Assembly: GCA_964607155.1 (NCBI GenBank)
Contig: CAZSIF010000006.1
Span: 25,048-89,047 of the forward strand
Direction: 5' to 3'
Source of the DNA: an uncultured Oscillospiraceae bacterium
GTDB taxonomy: Bacteria > Bacillota > Clostridia > Christensenellales > CAG-314
Length of the DNA: 64,000 nt
Part shown: piece after piece, positions 9,610 to 17,424 of the stretch
How the letters are laid out: each line of letters starts with the position of its first letter
Position numbering within the stretch: the stretch's first letter is position 1
Translations under genes and position numbers: made by a program
Notes under the pieces: generated by a model
Databases searched by the model: none
Seen by the model: only the letters and a program-made list of their open reading frames with translations
Told to the model about the DNA's origin: nothing

Positions 9610-10320
9610 TTAGACGAAAAGAAGTACCGAAAAGTATGTTTTTCCTTTGCGACTTTGTCCTTGCTCGCCGACGTACAAAAGCTTGCCCAGACCTCGAGCC
9701 GATACAACGTCGTTGGGCTTTAGCGGGCGCGATGGTTTTGTTACCACCAGACCGTTGATTTTTACCAGCTCCCGTTGAATGCGTTCGCATGCCTTTTCTC
9801 GCGAAATGTTAAAGGTGCGTGCTATAATAACGTCCAAGCGGTTGGAGTCCGCAGTGAAGCTTTTTTGCTCCGTTTGCGGACGACAAGAATCCGGCACATT
9901 CGTTACGGGTTCAACGCTGACGTAATTTGCGCCCACCTTGGATAGCTCTTGCACCAAAAAGTCGGCAACAGTGTTGTATACAACGGCGTAGCAAACCTCG
10001 CCGACAAAAATATCGCCAATTTTGCTGCGCTCCACGCCAAGTCCCGTGATTGCGCCAAGCACGTCGCGGTGGGATATGGGCGTTGCGTATTTGCCGCCGA
10101 GCGGCGTGATTTGTAGTATTTGTATGGGGAAGGCTTGCTCATCGCCGACGCCAAAGCGCACAATTTTGCGCTCTGCAAGGTCGGTGCCACCGTTGGCGAA
10201 TGCCGTTTTATCTATCTGCATTGCATGCAAAAGCTCGGCGCCGTCTAAAAAGTCCGTGTAGGTGTAGGTTGATTTTTCGTGGCTACGCTGCGCAAGCCGC
10301 TGTAAGATTTTTGTATCCAT
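9610..10320 (-). CDS. ylmH: YlmH-like RNA-binding protein with a C-terminal S4 domain
   Basis: C-terminal S4 motif (RLDVIIARTFNISREKACERIQRELVKINGLVV). I chose the ATG at 10320 (MDTKILQR...); the longer ORF extension to 10404 has no RBS. Confidence 0.6.
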   Translation of the reverse strand: MDTKILQRLAQRSHEKSTYTYTDFLDGAELLHAMQIDKTAFANGGTDLAERKIVRFGVGDEQAFPIQILQITPLGGKYATPISHRDVLGAITGLGVERSKIGDIFVGEVCYAVVYNTVADFLVQELSKVGANYVSVEPVTNVPDSCRPQTEQKSFTADSNRLDVIIARTFNISREKACERIQRELVKINGLVVTKPSRPLKPNDVVSARGLGKLLYVGEQGQSRKGKTYFSVLLFV

Positions 10321-10438
10321 ATAAAAATTATACATTTTTACGCGTAAAAACGCAACAAACGGTAAAGCGGTTGATAAAAAAAACGTATTGTGGTACAATA
10401 ACAATGTTAACTTTGTTTTGTATTGATTAGGAGGTATT

Positions 10439-11260
10439 ATGTCGGATTGTACTCACGATTGCTCGACTTGCTCGGCAAATTGCAGCGAGCGGCAAGAGGA
10501 AAGTCTTATAAAACAGCTGCACGACGGTTGTTCGGTCAAGCATGTTATCGGTGTAGTTAGTGGCAAGGGCGGCGTAGGCAAATCGCTTGTAACGTCACTG
10601 CTGGCGGTTGCGGCTCAACGCAGAGATAAGCGTACTGCCATTATGGATGCGGATATCACGGGACCGTCCATTCCGCAGGCATTTGGCTTGCATTGCAAGG
10701 CAAACGGCAACGAGGACGGAATTATTCCCGTTCAAACTGCAAACGGCACTCAAGTGATGTCTATTAACCTGCTTATGGCGGACGAAACAGACCCTGTTGT
10801 GTGGCGCGGTCCTGTTATTGCGGGCGCGGTTACTCAATTTTGGACGGACGTGCTTTGGAATGACGTGGACTATATGTTTGTTGATATGCCCCCGGGAACG
10901 GGCGACGTTCCGCTGACGGTTTTTCAATCACTACCGATTGAATGCATTGTTGTTGTGACAAGTCCGCAACAGCTTGTGGAAACGGTTGTTTGCAAGGCTG
11001 TGAAAATGGCAGAGCTGGTAAACGTGCCCGTGCTTGGCATTGTGGAAAACATGTCCTACTTTGCCTGCCCCGATTGTGGCAAAAAGCACTATATTTACGG
11101 ACAAAGCAGAGTGGAGGAATTTGCGGCACGCTTTGGTATTGATAACGTTGTGCGTTTGCCTATCGATCCGCAACTTGCGTCGTTGTGCGATAGCGGCGAA
11201 ATAGAGCGTGCGGATGTATCGGCGATAGCTCCGCTTACGGATGTAATTTTGAAAGATTAA
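10439..11260 (+). CDS. mrp: Mrp/NBP35 family Fe-S cluster carrier ATPase
   Basis: Cys-rich N-terminus (CTHDCSTCSANC), deviant Walker A GKGGVGKS, a CPDCG motif and the ParA/MinD-like fold pattern. AGGAGG RBS. Confidence 0.85.
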   Translation: MSDCTHDCSTCSANCSERQEESLIKQLHDGCSVKHVIGVVSGKGGVGKSLVTSLLAVAAQRRDKRTAIMDADITGPSIPQAFGLHCKANGNEDGIIPVQTANGTQVMSINLLMADETDPVVWRGPVIAGAVTQFWTDVLWNDVDYMFVDMPPGTGDVPLTVFQSLPIECIVVVTSPQQLVETVVCKAVKMAELVNVPVLGIVENMSYFACPDCGKKHYIYGQSRVEEFAARFGIDNVVRLPIDPQLASLCDSGEIERADVSAIAPLTDVILKD

Positions 11261-11293
11261 TTTGCGAAAGAGTGAGATTTCTTGCATATAAAG

Positions 11294-11351
11294 ACTGCCG
11301 TAGCGACGAGGCAAAGCGTGTTTTGCTTGCCCTCCGAACGGCAGTTTTTTT
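11294..11351 (+). terminator. Intrinsic terminator of mrp
   Basis: ACTGCCGT ... ACGGCAGT outer stem enclosing an inner GC stem, followed by T7. Confidence 0.6.
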
Positions 11352-11569
11352 GATGATATGCAATAATTGCGTAGACATTAATAAAAAAGATTTTTGGGGA
11401 CAATGACGGGCTTTTGCGGCTTGCAATAGCCCCTTTTTGCATTTTAATGCCATTTAGTGGGACGTTCCGTGTTATAGCGGCAAAGCGTGTGGGGTACTAT
11501 ATGGCGGCATTATTCTGTTGTTGTGTGTGAATATTGTGTGTGCATAGTCGGCTTTTGTTGCAAAGGCGT

Positions 11570-13606
11570 TCATGATAATAATTCGCAATCCGTAGCAAAC
11601 GGCTTTTCCGTATCCGGCAGACTGTGTAAAATTCGATAAGCAAGCCTGCCCGCTTTTTCGGTGAGAATGCACACGTTTGTATATGCTTGCGAAAGGCTTG
11701 CATTGCTATCGTTGATATTGTCGTGCAATGTCAAGTCGGCATAATCATTTGCAAGATTGAGCATTCTAAGCCGAGCGGTTTGCAAAAGCTCGATTCGTGC
11801 AGCGCAACACTCGGATAGCCTGCTTAGGCGCAGAATATGCCTGTGGAGTAAGTGACAGGGCAGTTTGTGTTCGGAACACATTGCGTATAGCGCAAGGCTG
11901 TCGTTCAAATGCTTGCGTGCGCAGGGCAAAAGGCTGTTTTGTAACATATCAACAAGTGTTTTTGCCTCGTTGGCGGCGCTTTCAATACGACTTTTTACCT
12001 TGCAACGAGCACGGATAAGCAGTTCCTCGTGCGATAATACTTTTGTTTGCGTAAATAGTTTTACTGCTTTGGGCGAGCTTAAGCATTGCGCCGACTGTAG
12101 CAGCTGTGTGTTAGATGGCATTTTTTTGTGGTAGCCGAGATTGGTGGCGTAGTAATCCCCGTTAAAAACAATGCGACCGTGCGTATCCAACGTACGTCTT
12201 ATTAGACGCTGTGCTTGCAGTGTGATGTCTGTGCCGTATAGTTCGGCGGAAAAATCGCGTAGCACTGCTGCAACGGCTGTGTTGAACGCCGTGTTTAGCT
12301 CGGCAATGGCGCCGTTGCTGCCAAGTATCCTTAGCTCAAGCTTGCATCGAGTAAAAACAGCGGGTGCGGTGCGATTGCGGTCAATAAGCTCCGATGGCGG
12401 TGGCGTAATGGCGGTTGGTATGCTGTTTAGCCAATGTAACAGTTCTTCACCGATGCACACGGACGGAACGTTTGGCGGAGCCTCGTTTTTGCCCAGTCTG
12501 CGCAAGTTGGATGTGGAGTCTACTGTGGCAAAGATAATTTCACCGTAGATATCCAGCGCTTGTATTATTGCAGATAGTAGCAGCGCAAAAATTATCGGTG
12601 GTGATGTTTTGGGGTCGATTAGATTTAATTTGTCTGTAAAAATCGACCAGTTGCTGTGCTTTCCGCTACCGTTTGTGTGTCCGAACGGCTTTTCGTCAAA
12701 TAGGCAGGTTAAAGCGTGCTTTTGTGCCGCCACTTGCAGGGTTTGCATTGCTATCAGATTGTGCATGCACGACGTTGTGGCATTTTCGTGCCCTGTTACC
12801 AGCTCGTATTGGTGTGGCGCGCCTTCGCTGTGAACGGTGGTCACGTCAATGTTCATTTTGCTTAGACGCTGCGTTACATCGTCAAAAAAGCGCTCGACAC
12901 GTTCTGGTAACGGTGATAAATAACTACTTGTAGCGTGTTGCGGTACAGTCGGCGTTAATAACGACCTTCCGCAATGCATAATGTCACGCCTCGCTTGCGC
13001 TGTGGCGGCATCGAGTAAAAAGAATTCTTGCTCGACGCCTACCGCAGGAAAAATCGTTTGGGGCTTATATCCGAACAAGGCGAGTAATGCCCTGCAGTTT
13101 TCTGCCAAGGCATTGCAAGAGCGTGCAAGTGGTGTAAGGCAATCGAGCGTTGTGCCGTTTGGGCAAAAAAGACCGCTTGTGAGATATAGCGTGTTATCAA
13201 TAACGTATGGCGATGCTAAGCCTGCACGCAGTATTCCACCGGCTTTTGCAGTGCTACGCGCTCCGCAGTGCGGTAGGCTCGATGCATCGCATTCGTTGCA
13301 TAGCGACAATGCCTTGTTTCGTTTTGAACCGTTGGGAACGGGCGTTTTTTTTATTGCAATGCTTCTGTCTATGCAAAAAGCAATGTGGGCATAGCTTGTT
13401 ATTCCGAGTCGTTTCGCCTTGCCTTCGAGTCGTTTCGCCTTGAATATTTTTCTTTTGTTGGTAGGCTCGATGTCGTTTTGCAGCGACGTATCTAAATTAA
13501 TTTCGGGCAAGTTGTGGTGTTGTGCACGAGTGTTATCGTGGCGTTTGGTTTTGTTGTGTAGCATGCTTTTTGCCTGATTATTATTTATATGCAATGACTC
13601 GCGCAA
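11570..13606 (-). CDS. Type III glutamine synthetase-like protein (divergent)
   Basis: GS-III blocks are present: ECDASSLPHCG (cf. EPDASSFPSGG), VGVEQEFFLLD, HSEGAPHQYE, NGSGKHSNWS, RLGKNEAPPNV and DRNRTAPAVFT. The first approximately 90 aa are low-complexity and unlike canonical GlnN. Confidence 0.65.
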   Translation of the reverse strand: MRESLHINNNQAKSMLHNKTKRHDNTRAQHHNLPEINLDTSLQNDIEPTNKRKIFKAKRLEGKAKRLGITSYAHIAFCIDRSIAIKKTPVPNGSKRNKALSLCNECDASSLPHCGARSTAKAGGILRAGLASPYVIDNTLYLTSGLFCPNGTTLDCLTPLARSCNALAENCRALLALFGYKPQTIFPAVGVEQEFFLLDAATAQARRDIMHCGRSLLTPTVPQHATSSYLSPLPERVERFFDDVTQRLSKMNIDVTTVHSEGAPHQYELVTGHENATTSCMHNLIAMQTLQVAAQKHALTCLFDEKPFGHTNGSGKHSNWSIFTDKLNLIDPKTSPPIIFALLLSAIIQALDIYGEIIFATVDSTSNLRRLGKNEAPPNVPSVCIGEELLHWLNSIPTAITPPPSELIDRNRTAPAVFTRCKLELRILGSNGAIAELNTAFNTAVAAVLRDFSAELYGTDITLQAQRLIRRTLDTHGRIVFNGDYYATNLGYHKKMPSNTQLLQSAQCLSSPKAVKLFTQTKVLSHEELLIRARCKVKSRIESAANEAKTLVDMLQNSLLPCARKHLNDSLALYAMCSEHKLPCHLLHRHILRLSRLSECCAARIELLQTARLRMLNLANDYADLTLHDNINDSNASLSQAYTNVCILTEKAGRLAYRILHSLPDTEKPFATDCELLS

Positions 13607-13951
13607 CGGTTACATCCGCTTGATGTTTTTTGTCTGATTGTAAATAATAGGACAATAAATACTATTGAAGTCCATAAAATGAACATTTTAATGCAAAAAA
13701 GTGGATATAAACAGAATGATAAATCAAAAAAAGTTCTTTTTTTTCGTGCGCTGCAAGCGCGCTTTTGTTTAATGCGTGGTTGCTTTTTGCGGCAGCTTAA
13801 AATTGCCAATGGGCGTTTTTCCGTGCAAACTTAGGTTAATAGACGTGTTGCTGTTTTGGGAAATTTATCGGTGTGGTGCGGAAGGTGTTGCTACATGTAA
13901 AAATGCGCCCCACGGGCAACTTACCCATAGAGCGCATTTTGAGTTGTATTG

Positions 13952-15124
13952 CTACATTGAATAGTTTTTGAAGTAGTTTTGTATCAAAACAAATGGTGTT
14001 CCCTTGTCACCGCTACCGCTTGTAAGGTCGGATAAGCTTGCAAGCAGGTCGGTTATTTGCCTCGGAGTGGTGCCCTGCGAAAGCATATTGTTAACAAGGT
14101 TCTTTTGTTTGTGGCTGATAACCTCCTTCATTTTTTCAACCGCCTCGTCACCGCTGAGGTCGGCAAGTTGGTTATCTGCAACGTACTTTAGCTTTATTTC
14201 GTTCGGCGTACCGATAAGTCCGCTTGTAAAGGCGGGGCTGCACACGGGGTCGGCAAGCTCCCAAATTCCACCCACGGGGTCCTTGAATGCTCCGTCGCCG
14301 TATACCATAACTTCGATGCTTTTGCCTGTTCGTTTCAACAGCTGTTCGTGCACGCTATCCACAAATTTTTGTGCATCGCGTGGAAACAGTTTTACGCTGT
14401 CGCTTGTGGCAAGATTGCTACCCAAAACGCCGTACTGGGAGTTATAGCCGCTACCGTTAACGGATTCGGTAAGTATTTCGTCCAAGCTTACAACTTTTTT
14501 TGCGCCGGCGGCAAGCAACATTCGTTTTGTGCGTTTGCGAGTGTGTATATCCGCATTGATTACATAAGGCGTGTGCTTTAGAATTTCCGTTGGATTGTTT
14601 GCAAGTATAAGTTCGCAACCGCTTTCCTTGATGTAGTAGTCTATGTAGTCAACGCCCGTAAATATATGCTTAACTTCGCCAAACGTGTTGTAAAACTCCT
14701 GTGACGTAAACACGTCTGCATATGGATTTACGCCCTTTTCCATCAACTGTTCAGTCGAAACGAGCGCATTGCCCACTTCATCCGACGGGTAAGCAAGCTG
14801 TACAATAAGCTTTTTTACACCTTTTGCAATGCCCTTTAGGATAAGTGAAAATCTATTGCGCGAAAGGATAGGGAACACTAAACCGACGGTGTTATCACCA
14901 AATTTTTGCTTTACGTCGGCGGCTATCTGGTCGATTGTTGCGTAGTTGCCCTGCGCCCGTCCGAGCACCGCCTCTGTTATGGCAAGCACGTCCCTATCAT
15001 GTAACTCAAAGCCGTCCTGTTCGGCTGCGTTTATCACGCAATCGCAGGCTATTGTGGCAAGGTCGTCGCCATGCTTGATTATTGGGGCGCGCACGCCTCT
15101 GGATACAGTTCCGATATAATCCAT
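13952..15124 (-). CDS. CofE-family (F420-0:gamma-glutamyl ligase-like) protein, long Firmicute form
   Basis: The N-terminus VSRGVRAPIIKHGDDLATI...VLAITEAVLGRAQGNY resembles the CofE-like ligase family as I remember it. This was not verified by search. Confidence 0.5.
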   Translation of the reverse strand: MDYIGTVSRGVRAPIIKHGDDLATIACDCVINAAEQDGFELHDRDVLAITEAVLGRAQGNYATIDQIAADVKQKFGDNTVGLVFPILSRNRFSLILKGIAKGVKKLIVQLAYPSDEVGNALVSTEQLMEKGVNPYADVFTSQEFYNTFGEVKHIFTGVDYIDYYIKESGCELILANNPTEILKHTPYVINADIHTRKRTKRMLLAAGAKKVVSLDEILTESVNGSGYNSQYGVLGSNLATSDSVKLFPRDAQKFVDSVHEQLLKRTGKSIEVMVYGDGAFKDPVGGIWELADPVCSPAFTSGLIGTPNEIKLKYVADNQLADLSGDEAVEKMKEVISHKQKNLVNNMLSQGTTPRQITDLLASLSDLTSGSGDKGTPFVLIQNYFKNYSM

Positions 15125-15527
15125 TTTTGCCCTCCGTGCGATAGCGGCGTATATGGTTTGTCGCTATCCAACACCGCATATTTTACTACATTTTGCTAAT
15201 GGCTGTCAATAAGCTGAAAACAAAACGCCTGCCGTTTTTTTTTGAATCGTAAATTCTCAAAGTAAATGCAACAGTGCAATTTAGAGTTGCATTTAGTCTG
15301 GTAAAGATTTTGCGGCGCAACGGCGGAACTTACGGCGGCGTTTGGCTTGAAAAACATTTTGTGCTAACTCGGCTTGCGGTTTGCTTGGCATTACGCATAT
15401 GCCAAAGGAATTGCGTTTGGCTATCCTTGCGATAGCGTACTGCCATTTGCCGCAGATGTCATATGACAACCTTTGAGTGTGATTGAGTGCGATAAATGCA
15501 AAACGCTTGTATAAGTCGTGTTTACGT

Positions 15528-15556
15528 TTGACTGTTTTTGCGGATGGTAGTATAAT
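15528..15556 (+). promoter_or_regulatory. Sigma-A type promoter for nagB
   Basis: TTGACT-17 nt-TATAAT, about 110 nt upstream of the nagB ATG. Confidence 0.55.
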
Positions 15557-15666
15557 ATATGCAGAAGCTGTGTGGCGTGCCGTAAAAGTTGTTGCGGTTG
15601 CATGATGCCAAGCGAATGCTTGTGGCGCAGGCTTGCGCCATACTATTACAAAAGGACGGTTTGAAC

Positions 15667-16401
15667 ATGAAAGTTATTGTTGTTAACGACTACGATGAGA
15701 TGAGTCGCAAGGCTGCCGAGATAGTGGCGGAGGTTGTGGATAAAAACGCCCAACCCGTATTGGGACTTGCAACGGGCAGCACGCCCATAGGCATGTACAA
15801 GTTGCTTGCCGATTTTTGCAGCGAGCGCAAGCTGTCGTTTGCCAAGGCACGCACGGTAAATTTGGACGAGTACGTTGGGCTGGATGCTCAAAGCGACCAA
15901 AGTTACGTTTACTTTATGGCAAAAAACTTTTTTGATAACGTGGATATAGATAAGCAAAACACCAATTTACCTAACGGCAAGGCGGCAAATTTGCAGGAAG
16001 AGTGCGATAGATACACTCGTCTTGTGGAAAGTATGCCGCAGGACGTGCAGGTATTGGGGCTTGGCAGCAACGGACATATCGGTTTTAACGAGCCTAACAC
16101 GGATTTTGATAGCCACACGCACGTTGTAAAGCTTGCCGAAAGTACCATCAGGGATAACTCGCGCTTGTTCGAGGACGAAAGCCTTGTGCCCCGTCAAGCA
16201 ATCACGATGGGCATTGCCGATATAATGCAAGCAAAAAAAATATTGATGCTTGCAAGCGGTGCCAATAAAGCCAAGGCGGTTGCGGCAATGGTGGAAGGGG
16301 ATGTTACCACAAGCGTGCCTGCAAGCGTTTTGCAAAACCATCCCGATTGCACCGTGATTGTTGATAGGCAAGCTGCCGCATTGCTTAAACACCACGCATA
16401 A
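15667..16401 (+). CDS. nagB: Glucosamine-6-phosphate deaminase
   Basis: MKVIVVNDYDEMSRKAAEIV...LGLATGSTP.GMY...GLGSNGHIGFNEP is the canonical NagB pattern. I chose the ATG at 15667, preceded by AAAGGA. Confidence 0.9.
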   Translation: MKVIVVNDYDEMSRKAAEIVAEVVDKNAQPVLGLATGSTPIGMYKLLADFCSERKLSFAKARTVNLDEYVGLDAQSDQSYVYFMAKNFFDNVDIDKQNTNLPNGKAANLQEECDRYTRLVESMPQDVQVLGLGSNGHIGFNEPNTDFDSHTHVVKLAESTIRDNSRLFEDESLVPRQAITMGIADIMQAKKILMLASGANKAKAVAAMVEGDVTTSVPASVLQNHPDCTVIVDRQAAALLKHHA

Positions 16402-16455
16402 TCCATTTTGAACAACATTTTTTGTAAATAAAAATAACCCTTCGTGCGTTTTGTT

Positions 16456-16496
16456 GATGTGAATCCTAAAAGTATCCAACTTTTGGGGTGCATATC
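16456..16496 (+). repeat. Copy A of a recurrent hairpin motif (GATGTGAATCC-stem-loop-stem-GGTGCATATC)
   Basis: Sequence GATGTGAATCCTAAAAGTATCCAACTTTTGGGGTGCATATC. It is nearly identical in its flanks and stem to the copy at 52667-52710. Confidence 0.7.
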
Positions 16497-16528
16497 GTTT
16501 TGTTGCACGGAGGGTTTTTGTTTTGCGG

Positions 16529-17110
16529 TTATATGGTTTTTACAAGCTCCGCCGCCTGATACTCTAAGCGTTGCTTTAACTCTGTATCGGTAATCAGCGA
16601 GGTGTTTGCGTGCACGTTATGCACGGAGCAGACGATAGCTTTTTTTAACAACTCTAAGCCGATATCGCAATCGCTACGAACGTATTCGTATAGATAGGGC
16701 AGGGCATTTTCTGCACAAGAGATTGCTTTTTGGCATAGCTGCATTAGTTCCAAAGGCACAAGCGCGGCTCGGTGGTACTGTTTTTGTAGCTCCGCGTTGC
16801 GTGTGTGTCGTTGCTCGTCGGTGGTTTTGGGCAGGCGCATTGCCTGTAAAATACGCTCGAATGCTTGCGCGTCCTCATCGGCAAGCTCGTAGGCTTTTGT
16901 GCGGCACCTAAAAAGCATTTTGCGACAGCCTTCAAGTTGCGTTGAATACTCAAAGTCGTTGCCGTATTTTTTTAGCGTAACGCTTGCGGACATTTCCACA
17001 AGCGAGCAAGCGTGTGCCGCAACCACGGCTAAGGTACAGCCTCCGCCCGGAGTAGGTTTGTCGGACGCCAAGACGTCGTCGTATTGTCGTAGTGTTTGTT
17101 GACTGAACAT
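16529..17110 (-). CDS. Cyclodeaminase/cyclohydrolase family protein (FtcD C-domain-like)
   Basis: N-terminus LASDKPTPGGGCTLAVVAAHACSLVEMSASVTL is typical of the formiminotetrahydrofolate cyclodeaminase / methenyl-THF cyclohydrolase family. Confidence 0.75.
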   Translation of the reverse strand: MFSQQTLRQYDDVLASDKPTPGGGCTLAVVAAHACSLVEMSASVTLKKYGNDFEYSTQLEGCRKMLFRCRTKAYELADEDAQAFERILQAMRLPKTTDEQRHTRNAELQKQYHRAALVPLELMQLCQKAISCAENALPYLYEYVRSDCDIGLELLKKAIVCSVHNVHANTSLITDTELKQRLEYQAAELVKTI

Positions 17111-17357
17111 TTTTTTTTCTCCGATTTGTGTGCCGCCCGAGCGGCTTTTATTGTGTCGCTTGTTGCAAAAGCAACTTCGGCTTAATGTGCGTTAATGCGT
17201 AGGCAGTTGCCATAGGCACACACTTTTAAGCCGTGCTTATTCGACTGTTTTGTATTTTAGCATATTTTGTTGTTTTTTACAAGAAAAAATTATTTTAAAT
17301 TGCAAGTGTACGCTATGCGTTTTTAGATGTTTGTTTTGCAAACTTAACTGCCATTGC

Positions 17358-17386
17358 TTGACTTTTTGTCAGGGGGGGGGTATAAT
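17358..17386 (+). promoter_or_regulatory. Consensus sigma-A promoter with a G9 homopolymer filling the 3' end of the spacer
   Basis: TTGACT (17358-17363), a 17-nt spacer TTTTGTCAGGGGGGGGG (G9 at 17372-17380), then TATAAT (17381-17386). It lies 38 nt upstream of the ATG of the TIR-LRR gene, whose RBS is AGAGAGG. Confidence 0.6.
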
Positions 17387-17424
17387 ATCGTTAATATAAT
17401 ACAATACAAAAGAGAGGTCTGCGA

